From Chiloscyllium plagiosum (lineage: Eukaryota), in assembly GCF_004010195.1 (NCBI RefSeq), contig NC_057719.1:39381489-39414465 (forward strand): 32,977 nt of DNA, written 5' to 3'. Below are positions 20,950 through 32,977 of the stretch, piece by piece (the stretch's first letter is position 1; each line of letters opens with the position of its first letter). Position numbers and translations under genes: made by a program. The notes under the pieces were generated by a model. It saw nothing but the letters and a program-made list of their open reading frames with translations. It was not told the origin of the DNA and ran no database searches.

Positions 20950-22175
20950 TATACTGGCACTATCCCCCACCTTTTCCTCCGCTACATTAATGACTGCATC
21001 GGTGTTTCCACAAGGAGCTCAAACAGGTCATCAACTTCACCCACACCTTCAACCCTGACCTCAAATTCACCTGAATCATCTCCTGAGACTTCGCTTCCCT
21101 TCCTGGACCTCTCCATCTGTTTCTCGCAACTGCCTTAACACCATGTCTATTTTAAGCCCAAACCTATCTTGACTACACTCCTTCATGCAAAAACATGATC
21201 CTATACTCCCAATTCCTCTGTAGCTGCTCCCAGGATGAGCAATTATATTCCAGGATATCCCAGATGTTCTACTTCAAGGACTGCAATTTCCCCTCCCCTG
21301 TGATCAATGATGCCCTCAATCACTTCTTCCTCCCCACACCTCTGCCTTCAAACTGCACCCCCAACTACAACAAGAACAGTGACTCCGGTCCTCATTCCAC
21401 CCACCAGGTCTCCAAATCCAACGTATCATCATCCAACATTTTCACCTCAACACCCAAAAGGATATTTCTTTCTTCACTCATATCTACTTTCCATAGGCAC
21501 CATTTCCCTCATTAGGACCATATGTTCCCCACCAACCTCTCCTCCATACTTTGGTACCTTTCCATGTGGCTGCTAAATCTTCTCTTTTACCTCCAGTCAA
21601 GACCCCAAAGAATCATTCCACGTTTGGCAGAGATTCACCTGCATTTCCGCTAACCGTTGCTCCCGCTGTGGTCTCTTCATTGGGGACACCAAGCACAAAC
21701 TCTGAGGCCACTTCAGGGAACATCTCTGGTCCACATGCTCCAATCAACCCTACCTCCTAGTTGCCAGCCATTTCAACTATCCCACTCCCACAATGACAGG
21801 TCCATCCTGGATCTCCACCATCAAAATAAGGCCACAGACAAACTGAAGGAAGAACACCTCATATTTCGCCTCAGGACCTTACAACATTATGGCCTAAGAA
21901 TTCAGCAGCTTTCAAATCTCCCTCTCCACCCCACCCCCTTGACTTGACCTGACCTAATCTTTCCATCTTCCTTCCCATCTATCCGCTTCACTGTTCCCAC
22001 TGACCAATCACATCTTACCGACATCCACCTATTGCTATCACACATACCTTTCCCCCAACCCCACCCTCATATATATTTCTCACTCTCCTTACCCCTCCCC
22101 AATCCTGATGAAGAGTCCTGCCTGAAATGTTGACTCTCCTGCTGTTCGACTTGCTGTGTTTTCTCCAGCTCCACA
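20950..22175 (+). mobile_element. Heavily decayed Penelope-like element with degenerate hammerhead at 22101-22136
   Basis: Collinear with 5003-6440; KLKEEHLIFRLRTLQHYGL (GIY-YIG end); CTGATGA 22105-22111 ... GAAATGTTGACT. Confidence 0.8.
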
Positions 22176-22230
22176 TGTTATCAACTGGAACTCCATGCCG
22201 TACTCCAATTGTGACCTGGCTATCTCTCCT

Positions 22231-22525
22231 GTGCAGAAACAGGCCCTTCGACCCAACAAGTCCACATCGACCCTCTGAAGAGTATCTCACCCAGACCCAT
22301 TCCACTACTATCCTATATTTACCCCTGACTAATGCACCTAACCTACACATTCCTCAATACTATGGCCAACTTAGCATACTCAATTCACCTAACTTTGGAC
22401 TGTGGGAGGAAACCCACGCAGACACGGGGAGAATGTCCAAACTCCACACAGATAGTCGCCCTAGACTGGAATCAAACCTGGGTCACTGACGTTGTGAAGC
22501 TGCAGTACTAGCCACTGTGCTGCCC
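22231..22525 (-). mobile_element. HE1/V-SINE type SINE
   Basis: Reverse complement of the 20399-20710 family (GGAAACCCACGCAGACACGGGGAGAATG.CAAACT; GAAACAGGCCCTTCGACCCAACAAGTCCACA). Confidence 0.85.
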
Positions 22526-23139
22526 CATTATATATAGTCAATTATTAATAATAATTATTCATAACTTATTAATAACATTATATATAGTTTCATCACAACA
22601 TCCATGGTTATAGTAGGCTCTATCCAACTCAATACAATCGGAGGCTAAGCTTCAAGGAGATGTCACAGCACCAATGTCCATGAAAACCACATCTCTCCAG
22701 ACAAGAGTTGGCAGAGCTCTGCAGAATGCTGGAGTTGATGCAGCTGTGAAGGGGCAGACACAATGTTTGCTGTGTTAAAGATGACATTGAGATTCAAACC
22801 TTCAGCCTATGGTTTGTACCAGGTATTGTCTAAGAGATTTATGTGATATCTCTTGGTCAACTGTCTTTGCTGCATGAAGGAAATCACAAGTTATGTATGA
22901 ATGGCTGAACAATATATCAAGTTCACAACTGGTCAGGCTGAGGTGTTGTTGACTTTGGTGCCATAGTTGAGTTTCTTCAGGTACAAGGTCATTTGTTGTA
23001 ATTACACTCCTTCAGAGCAAACAAACACCATTGCAAACAGAAAAGATCTTCACTCCTTAATGTTAAAGTAATTAATTTGCAAGCAATGCAGGTCATGCAG
23101 CTGGAAATGTTTTTAACAAAACTGCTACAATTTTTAAAT

Positions 23140-23456
23140 TCATTTATGGGATGTCAGCATCATTAGCTGGACTAGCATTTATTGCTCATCCCTAATTGGC
23201 CAACCGGCAATTAAGAGTCAACCACATTGCTATGGGTTTGGAGTCACATGTAGGCTAGTCGAGGAAGGGTGAACCAGACAGGTTTTTCCAATAGTCAGCA
23301 ATGGATTCATGGTCATCATTAGACTGTTGATTCCAGATGTTTATTGAATTCAAATTCCACCATCTGCCATGGCAGAATTCGGACCCGAGTCCCCAGAACA
23401 TTTTTTGGGTCCCTGGATTAACAGCCCAGTGATAATACCACTAGGTCATTGCCTCG
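23140..23456 (-). mobile_element. tRNA-derived SINE (likely DeuSINE/SacSINE1-like)
   Basis: Minus strand begins GAGGCAATGACCTAGTGGTATTATCACTGG (A-box-like); homologous to 6490-6835 and 665-950. Confidence 0.6.
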
Positions 23457-24991
23457 CACAACTATGTACATACTTAGACAGTTCTCAGCCTTTCAGCCAC
23501 CCAAATATCTTAGGGGTTGTATGAGTGAACAAAGGATATTCATTGAAGATATGGCTTCTGACCTCTGTACGTGATCCTAACACACAGATCATGAACATAT
23601 GCAACTGCCACTACATGACTACAATGCCATCATCGGATGATCTGAATAAGCAATGTGCACTTTCAAAGTAGTCTTGTGTCAATGTCACTTCCATTACACA
23701 ACCTGATGTTTCAGAGGGGAGTAGCATTCAAGTCTGAGAAAGACAATAATTGAGCAGCATCCTTGGGAGGATGAGCATGAGACACCTCAACAGCTAACGA
23801 AATGATAATGCCACTGGATTGGTAATAACAGGTCTACACCAATGACCTGGGAATCCCACCACAGCAGCCACTGGAATTTAAATTCAAATATAATTAAATT
23901 TAAAATTGAAAGTTAGTCTCAGTAATAGAGAATTATTGTAATAGCACTTGAAGATACTTAAGGACAAAGAAAGTTGTTCGCCCATTTCAGTTTGATCATC
24001 TACACAACCTTACCCCTCCTTTCATTGTCATTTCTAGATTCTAGAGTTTTCACCTGTGCTATTCTGCATGAAGTCAATTCTAAGTATTGATCATTCTGTT
24101 CTACATAACAGAATATTAAACAAGGTCAAAGCCATGTTTGATGGAGCCTCCAATGCTTAATGGCATTGATGCAACTCATTTCTTGCACTGCTTTCTCTCT
24201 AGAGCCAAATGTTTCACTCCATCAGAGTATTACCTTCATTTAGGAAACTTCTTTTTGCCAAAGGTGACATTTATAAATGCATATTTGTAGCAAACATGTC
24301 AAACAGAAGGCTTCCCAACTGGAAGGAGTACCAGTGGACCTTCATTAATCTAGCTTCTAATAAAGTGTAGGTGACCCTGTCAGGAGATATAGATTTGTGA
24401 AAAATAAAACTTGGGATCATAGGAGCATACAAGCCACCAAGGTGTAACCATCAGGGAAGATGAATCTCATACGGTACATGCACTAAAACGTGTTAAGATA
24501 AATTGAAAATGATGTTAGTTGACAGCAATACATAGTACATTTGTAGGTGACAGGGTGGTTAATAGACATCAGTGGGGTGCCACAGGCCCAGAAGGAGGTT
24601 TGATGGGTTTTGTCAAAATAATAAGTTTCTCTAGCTGCTATAGAAACATTGATGAATGATGTAGCCGCACAGGCTTACATCATCAGGGTCCACTGAACTA
24701 TCAAAGAAACAATGTTCTATGTTAGCAGACACACTGCATTCAGCTTATTAATAATGGAATAGAAGAATAGACCCCACAGGCTGACAACACTATTTGTCTC
24801 ATCAGCACTCTATCACTTCCAGTGACACATTACCAACTTTAATGACAATTGAGTTCTGTACAATGCTATCGATCTTGATAACAGTGTGCTAACTTAAGCA
24901 GAACTCTACAAATCTCAAAAATAATAACTATACATAACTCTAGCTTCTTCAGAAACAGTTTATTAGCACCAGTCTACCAATTTCAATAACA

Positions 24992-26447
24992 GGGTAAAAA
25001 CAATGACTGCAGATGCTGGAAACCAGATTCTGGATTAGTGGCGCTGGAAGAGCACAGCAGTTCAGGCAGCATCCGAGGAGCAGTAAAATCGACGTTTCGG
25101 GCAAAAGCCCTTCATCAGGAATAAAGGCAGAGAGCCTGAAGGGTGGAGAGATCAACTAGCGGAGGGTGGGAGTGGGGAGAAAGTAGCATAGAGTACAATA
25201 GGTGAGTGGGGGAGGGGATGAAGGTGATAGGTCAGGGAGGAGGGTGGAGTGGATAGGTGGAAAAGAAGATAGGCAGGTAGGACAAGTCATGGGGACTGTG
25301 CTGAGCTGGAAGTCTGAAACTAGGGTGAGGTGGGAGAAGGGTAAATGAGGAAACTGTTGAAGTCCACATTGATGCCCTGGGGTTGAAGTGCTCCGAGGCG
25401 CAAGATGAGGCATTCTTCCTCCAGGCATCTGGTGGTGAGGGAGCGGCGGTGAAGGAGGCCCAGGACCTCCATGTCCTCGGCAGAGAGGGAGGGGGAGTTG
25501 AAATGTTGGGCCACAGGGCGGTGTGGTTGATTGGTGCGGGTGTCCCGGAGATGATCCCTAAAGCGCTCTGCTAGGAGGCGTCCAGTCTCCCCAATGTAGA
25601 GGAGACTGCATCGGGAGCAACGGATACAATAAATGATATTGGTGGATGAGCAGGTAAAACTTTGATGGATATGGAAGGCTCCTTTAGGGCCTTGGATAGA
25701 TGTGAGGGAGGAGGTATGGGCGCAGGTTTTGCAATTCCTGCGGTGGCAGGGGAAGGTCCCAGGATGGGAGGGTGAAAACAGGTCCCAGGTAATCACGGAG
25801 GGAACGGTCTTTGCGGAAAGGAGTGGGGAGGGAAATATATCCCTGGTGGTGGGGTCTTTTTGGAGGCGGCGGAAATGTCGGTGGATGATTTGGTTTATGC
25901 GAAGATTGGTTGGGTGGAAGGTGAGCACCAGGGGCATTCTGTCCTTGTTACGGTTGGAGGGGTGGGGTCTGAGGGCAGAGGTGCGGGATGTGGACAGATG
26001 CGTTGGAGGGCATCTTTAACCATGTGGGAAGGGAAATTGCGGTCTCTAAAGAAGGAGGCCATCTAGTGTGTTCTGTGGTGGAACTGGTCCTCCTGGGAGC
26101 AGATACGGCGGAGGAATTGGGAATACGGGATGGCATTTTTGCAAGAGGTAGGGTGGGAAGAGGTGTAATCTAGGTAGCTGTGGGAGTCGGTGGGTTTGTA
26201 AAAAATGTCAGTGTCAAGTCGGTCGTCATTAATGGAGATGGAGAGGTCCATGAAGGGGAGGGAGGTGTCAGAGATGGTCCAGGCAAATTTAAGGTCAGGG
26301 TGAAATGTGTTGGTGAAGTCGATGAATCGCTCAACCTCCTCGCAGGAGCACGATGTGGCGCCAATGCAGTCATCAATGTAGTGGAGGAAGAGGTGGGGAG
26401 TGGTGCCGGTGTAATTACGGAAGATCGACTGTTTTACGTAGCCAACA
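24992..26447 (-). mobile_element. 5'-truncated Penelope-like element (RT YIDD motif, GIY-YIG endonuclease, hammerhead-bearing 3' end) with TSD
   Basis: FLHYIDDCIG...DIFYKPTDSHSYLDY (RT); CHRRNCKTCAH...NIIYCIRCSRCSLLYIGETGRLLAERFRDHL (GIY-YIG); 13-bp TSD AATTTCAATAACA at 24979-24991 and 26448-26460. Confidence 0.93.
25085..25123 (-). ncRNA. Minimal type I hammerhead ribozyme with intact core
   Basis: Minus strand ATTC-CTGATGA-A-GGGC-TTTT-GCCC-GAAAC-GTC-GATTTT; predicted cleavage between 25091 and 25090. Confidence 0.75.
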
Positions 26448-26739
26448 AATTTCAATAACACTTTTACCATCTTCAGCAGAATTCTACCAACCTCAGCCAC
26501 AGTTTACCAACTTCAGTGAAAACCATCCAATTTCAATATCCCTCTGCCAAACTCACTAAGTGTTGAAAAATTGTTGTAAATGAACACAATAAACAGCTAT
26601 TTCTACTATTGTTGGCAGAATTGTTGCTCAACATCAACAATTAGAAATAAATTGTGGATTTATTCAACAGAAAAAGTATTTTGCTGGATTATCCTGACAT
26701 TGAGAACCTTTGATTTGTTAGAAGGAATTTTACCTAAAA

Positions 26740-28690
26740 CATCCAAATTTGCAAACAATACCAGTTTGAAAGCAAATGGTGAATACGAAGATGTACAAAT
26801 TCTAAAGGATCTTGTGAAACTTGATCAGTAGGTGAAGAAATGGCAGATGCAATTTACTATAGAAAAATTGATATGTCTGAGATTGGGCAGAAGGAAGGTT
26901 GTGCTCACCATTAATTTACTTGAAATATCAGAATAGAATAACAACTTATATTTGTTTAGCGTCATGAATATAAAATGCCCCAAAGTGCTTCACGTGAGTA
27001 TTATAAAACAATAGGAGAGATGTAATGGGCTATTAAGAGACATGCCAATAAAACTGTCTCCAGGATTCTGAAAAAATAAGCAAAATTTGGGATGTGTATA
27101 AAGGGAGTACTTTTCAGTCAGAAAGGTAATTTTCAAATTTTGTTTGGTCCTGGTGAGAGCATATCTGACCACTCTGTGCAGTTTTATTCTGCCTCCTTCA
27201 AGAAGCATATTCAGTTACTGGGAGATCAGAGAGAAGGTTACAGAGTTGATTCCAGAACTTAAGGGAATAATGCATGAACAAGAATTGATAATTGTGTTTG
27301 TCAATTGTCAAAAGTGATGGTTCTAATATGAAACGATCAGTTTGAAACATTAACTCTACTTCTCTGCACAGATGACCTGCTAGCCACCTCCAGCATTTCT
27401 CTTTTTATTTCCGATTTCTAGCATGTACATATTATTGCTTCTGTAACAGGCAAGTTGTATTACCTGGAATTTAGAAAATTAAAAGATGATTTGATTGGCA
27501 TTATGAAGGCACCAAGTGCTGGCTGGGGCGTCTAGGACAAAGGGCATTGTGTGAAAGTTAAAGCCAGACCTTTCACAAGTGAAATTTGGGAAAACACTTC
27601 TACACAAAGTATGGCAGAAGTCTGGAACTTCCTTTCACAACTAGCATCTAATATGAGATCAATTATAACTTGAAGTATATTTGTTTTTGTAAACGTAGAT
27701 TTGTGTTGCTGATCAGCCATTATTTCAAAGAATTGCTTAACATGCTTAGGGGCTGATGACCTTCTGTACTTATATTTCTAAAATTGTGGCATTTTTCTTC
27801 AAATCCATAACAGGCACACTTTCCTGGTGAGTAAAATTCAACTTCAACAGACTTGAGTGCCAATTGATCCTCATGCAATAGAATAATCTCTTCACAGGAG
27901 GGGCAGTATTAAGATATCTTAAATTATGTTCAAAGAAGCGGTAACAATGATTTCTACTTACACATTTTGAATATAAGCAGTACAGTTTCACTTTGTGGAA
28001 ATATGGGAACTTGTCCACATTTTCAAGAGAAATAGGAAAGCAACAGATTTTAAATCAAGGAAGATAGCAGAATTCTAAATGTCTAGGGATCTGAGTGTCC
28101 TCATATATGAACTACAAAGAGTTAGTATGAAGGTATAACAATTTACTAGGACAGCAAATGGGATGTTGTCATTTATTAGAAGGGGAATAGAAAATAAAAA
28201 CAGAGATGCTTTGTTACAATTGCATGGCGAATCGATGAAGTCCACATCTGGAGTACCCATGTATAGTTTTGATTGCTTAATTTAAGAAAGGATGCAAACG
28301 CATTAGGGGCAATTCAGAAAAGGGTCTCAGTACCAATAACTGGGATGGGGGGGGTAATTATTTTCTGAGCAATGGTTTAAACAGGCTGTGCCTGTATCCA
28401 TTTGAGCTTAGATGAATGAGAGGTGATCTTTCACATCTTGAGGGGATTTGACTGCGTGGATGCTGAAAGAATGCTTCCCCTGCAAGATATATTAAAACTA
28501 GAGCACATAGACAGGAGTGAACAGGCATCATTAAATATGTTTAAGGCAGGGGTTGATGAATTCTTGACTAATGAGGGAGTCAGTAGTTATCATGGGTAGA
28601 CGTGTATGTCGAGTTGAGGCCACAATCAGTTGAGTGACGGGGCATATTTGAGGGGCCAAAGGGCTCAGGATTCAAATGTTTGTACTTTGC
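26740..28690 (+). mobile_element. Cluster of old CR1-type LINE fragments (about 26740-27300, 27450-27770, 28075-28690) with a decayed Penelope tail at about 27340-27425
   Basis: KFANNT-like RT remnant, GAAATGGCAGATGCAATTT, CCACATCTGGAGTAC and other CR1 ORF2 words; boundaries approximate. Confidence 0.55.
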
Positions 28691-29562
28691 TTTCCAGACA
28701 TAAAACCTGTATTTCAGATAATTTTCCCACTGAAATAGACTTGTTGTTTCTATAAAAGATAGCACTTATACAACAATGCCAAGGACAGTTGAAAACCCAG
28801 CCCCTTTCCCCTTATCATGCAAGTTTAGACAACATTTGGTTAGGCCACTAGATGGAGTAATTCCTAGACCAGTGCTGTAGTTCAAGTCTTCACAGCATAG
28901 AGCAAGATCAGATTTTTAACAGTTTACAGTGTTCAATGTTCACAGCCTATACCCAAGACAGACACAGATGGGGGAGATCATTTTAACTCATTTGTTCAGT
29001 GTATAAAAAACTTATTTTCCCCTATTATATTAAATTATCTCTTTAATGAGCAAGTTTTTTCAATGACTATCACAACTTGTTGAAGGGATATTTTAAACAC
29101 CTAGGTTCAGCATGAACTAGGCAGTTAGGCAAATAAAATTGCTCGTGATTTATCTAGTGACATTCCATTTCCTTCTTGCAGTCACCTGTTTCAAACTGTG
29201 TTCAGAGCAGGTATGAAGAATAACTTCCTATCAGTCTTGCTTCAAAATATGAAAATTGGTTTCTGATTATTGTAAATCATTGGGGGCTGACTATTAGTTT
29301 AACCAGTATCCTGTGTGGGGAAGCCGCTGTAACTAATCTAGTAGGAAGTAGATTCAGGACCAGCAGAGGATCAAACAAGAATCTTTAAAAAAAACTGTTA
29401 TAGTGTCCCTTTTCAAAAAGGGTGGTAATGACACTCATTTACATTGGCTGAATACCAAATAAAATAATGTAATCAATTCACAGAAAGTTTGAAGATGAAT
29501 AAGTCTACAAATAACGATCAGGATTTAGAATGGAAGAACCTGTTTGATAATCTTCTTGAATG

Positions 29563-30859
29563 AAGGACTGATTAGGGATAGTCAACATGGCTTTGTGCTG
29601 GGAAATCGTGTCTCACAAACTTGATTGAGTTTTTTGAGGAAGTAACAAAGAGGATTGATGAGGGCAGAGCGGTAGATGTGATCTATATGGACTTCAGTAA
29701 GGCATTCGACAAGGTTCCCCATGGGAGACTGATTAGCAAGGTTGGATCTCACAGAATACAGGGAGAACTAGCCATTTGGATACAGAACTGGCTCAAAGGT
29801 AGAAGACAGAAGGTGGTGGTGGAGGATTGTTTTTCAGACTGGAGGCCTGTGACCAGTGGAGTACCACAAGGATCGGTGCTGAGTCCTCTATTTTTTGTCA
29901 TTTACATAAATGATTCGGATGCGAGCATAAGGCGTACAATTTGTAGATGACACCAAAATTGGAGGTGTAGTGGACAGCAAAGAGGGTTACCTCAGATTAC
30001 AACAGGATCTGGACCAGTTGGGCCAATGGGCTGAGAAGTGGCAGATGGAGTTTAATTCAGATAACTGCAAGGTGCTGCATTTTGGGAAAGCAAATCTTAG
30101 CAGGACTTATACACTTAATCGTAAGATCCTAGGTAGTATTGCTGAACAAAGAGACCTTGGAGTGCAGGTTCATAGCTCCTTGAAAGTGGAGTCGCAGGTA
30201 GATAGGATAGTGAAGAAGGCATTTGGTATGCTTTCCTCTATTGGTCAGAGTATTGAGTACAGGAATTGGGAAGTCATGTTACAGCTGTACAGGATATTGG
30301 TTCGGCCACTGTTGGAATTGTATGCAATTCTGGTCTCCTTCCTATCGGAAAGATGGTTGGAAACTTGAAAGGGTTCAGAAAAGATTTACAAGGATGTTGC
30401 CAGGGTTGGAGGATTTGAGCTATAGAGAGAGAGGCTGAACAGGCTGGGTCTGTTTTCCCTGGAGCGTCGGAGGTTGAGAGGTGACCTTATAGAGATTTAC
30501 AAAATTATGAGGGGCATGGATAGATTAAATGGACAATGTCTTTTCCCTGGGATGGGGGAGTCCAGAACTAGAGGGCATAGGTTTAGGGTGAGAGGGGAAA
30601 GATATAAAAGAGACCTACGGGGCAACTTTTTCACAGAGAGTGGTACATGTAAGGAATGAGCTGCCAGAGGAAGTGGTGGAATATGGTACATTTCAACATT
30701 TAAAAGACATTTGGATGGGTATATGAATAGGAAAGGATTGGAGGGATATGGGCCAGGTGCTGGCAGGTGGGACTAGATTGGGTTGGGATATCTGGTCGGC
30801 ATGGACGGGTTGTACCGAAGGGTCTGTTTCCATGCTGTACATCTCTATGACTCTATGAC
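29563..30859 (+). mobile_element. 5'-truncated CR1 LINE (RT pseudogene plus 3' UTR)
   Basis: DVIYMDFSKAFDKVPH, SGVPQGSVL, LERVQKRFTRM, RGDLIE; frameshifts; tail (CTCTATGA)2. Confidence 0.93.
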
Positions 30860-32756
30860 CAAATAATCTATCTAGACAATGCACTGCCCTATCATGAGGT
30901 GGTTCTAGTCTTCTAAAAAGAATTTAAGGAAGTTTGATATAAAAGGTTACTGGTCAAATTTAAAATAGTGGGAATTCAGGATAAATTTGGAATAATATTT
31001 TTTTAAAATTGTGGTCAATAGTTAATAAGTTATGTAACAAAATGGGAAAGCTGTGAGAACATGTAAAGGAATTAACATTATGACCTCCACCAGTTCTGTT
31101 TTCTATCAATAAGTTGGAAACAGAAACGTGATCTATTAGACAAATTTTCCCGATACTAGTACAGAATGGACAAATTTGGAACTGATGAAAATATAAATTG
31201 CCAATAAATGGATATTATGATGTATAAAATAGAAAAATGGGCAATTTAAGGATCAATGAATGGTATTGAAATAACTAGGGATGTCATTGAACAAGATATA
31301 GCCGTCCTTAATATTATTAATTGTGTGCTTATTTTTGTCCTGAGAAGCCTGTGGCTGTCCTCCTTGAACAAATGGCTTCCCTGTGATAATGAGGGTCCAC
31401 AATAGTGTTAGCTAGGGAATGCTAGGTGACCCAGCAATGACGAAAGAATAGTAATACCAAGATAAATCAGAAAACTAAATCTGAAGATGGTAAATGATAT
31501 AGCTAAAACAGTGGAGTGCAAATCTGAAAAAGACAAGCTCAACCTATACATTCTGATCAGACTAAACCATGAGTAATTTCTGGCCATCCTGCCATCAAGG
31601 CAAACATGCAGATACTGCTGCCTTTGTCATCTCAGATCCAGTCTACTGGTCCCTTAACATCTTCCCATTCTCCATCATCTAGAAACCTCAGTACACCCAA
31701 AGCATCCCCACCATTTTCCTCTCCTACTCACCCAGCACACCTATCCTTGAGAGCTACAATATCTCCCAATATCTTAAATTTAAAGCTGTTTCTCTCATAT
31801 TTAATCTTTGTGGCCTCAGCTTGCACCGTCCTAGTAATCTTATCAAGCCCAATAACCTCCCGCCAAACATCCCCTTCATATAACTGACCTCTGGTGCACC
31901 CTCTTCTCTCACAATTGGTGGTCAAGTTTCCATGGGCTCTTTTATTCTCAATCAACTCTATTCTTTCAGACCTGCTCTTTTACCAAGGTTTGGGTAAATC
32001 GTTCTAAAATTCCCTTCCCATTCAGCCTTTGTAAAACACGTAGATCAAGACTTTAGTCAATATTGTTATATATATAAATAATATATAAATCATGCGGCAG
32101 AGGAATCAGGTATGCAGACCAATTGGAGAAATACGAACTGATAGAAAGGCATTTTTTCAGAGGTGACCTAGATATTCGAATGAAGCTTTAAAGAAAAAAA
32201 AGTTACAAGCTAATCTGGACCCATTCAGTGAGCCTAATTTTGCTGTTGCTGAGGGTCCATGAACATTTTACTGAGAATGCAACAGAGCTATGTTGAATGG
32301 ATTTACAATCCGTCGCATTTTATTTTGTAAATAAAGAACAGATAATGATTAAAACCAACACAGGAGACAGAGACTATTAAGATGCCTCCAGTGGAGGTAT
32401 GCGGGACAATAGAAGAATAAAGGTAACCAGTTTTGAAGAGCTTTATAAACTGTCGCATTTCCACATAATTGGGCTTGCAAATCTACAGTTGTTTTAGTGA
32501 ATTCAAGCAGACGGCCTAATCTAATGATAAAGTTAAAAATCACACATTTTTAATCTTGTACACCCCAGTCCAACACCGGCATCTCCAGATCATAACCTAA
32601 TTATAAGTCGCTAAGAGTGTGTCCTTGGATCTGGGGAGAAGGATGTTTCTGTGTCAATTAACCGACTGAAAGGGATTCTTTGGGTGAGCGCCAGAGCCGG
32701 CTCGATTCACTTGTCTGTCAGTATGAGGTTTCCCTGATGCAGTGCGGCCCAGATCC

Positions 32757-32977
32757 AACCTCTTCCCTTCCACCCCCACTACCCCCACCTCACCCTCCTC
32801 CTCCCCCAACCTCCTCCTCCTCCTCCTCCCCACCCTCCTCCTCCTCCTCCCCCAACCTCCGCCTCCTCCTCCCCACACTCCTCCTCCTCCCCCAACCTCC
32901 TCCTCCTCCTCCTCCCCCAACCACCTCCTCCTCCTCCTCCTCCCCCATCCTCCTCCTCCGCACCCTCGACCCTCCTC
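32757..32977. repeat. (CCT)n / C-rich low-complexity tandem repeat, running off the window's right edge
   Basis: Units such as CCCCCAACCTCCTCCTCCTCCT are repeated; almost no G on the + strand. Confidence 0.92.

Noticed and set aside
32654..32920. Gly/Glu/Arg-rich 88-aa ORF on -
   Set aside because: Translation of a simple repeat.

Overview
Vertebrate genomic DNA; the repeat content (HE1-type SINEs, CR1 LINEs, Penelope elements) points to a cartilaginous fish, probably a shark. The window holds one complete protein-coding gene, EIF5 (+ strand, 10 coding exons over 11203-17133, 428 aa). It has a CpG-rich promoter at about 9540-10620, two inferred non-coding upstream exons, and three poor-context uAUGs; the first opens a spliced 97-aa uORF that overlaps the main start. 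The flanks are packed with retroelements. Most notable: (1) Penelope ends carrying minimal hammerhead ribozymes, including two ~210-bp fold-back palindromic insertions with target-site duplications (TSDs), and a solo insertion whose 5' end falls exactly at the predicted ribozyme cleavage site; (2) a ~600-bp tract of a CR1 LINE with dense sense-strand A-to-G changes that look like ADAR hyper-editing fixed in the genome. All calls come from reading the sequence by eye and from recalled family knowledge; no searches were run.
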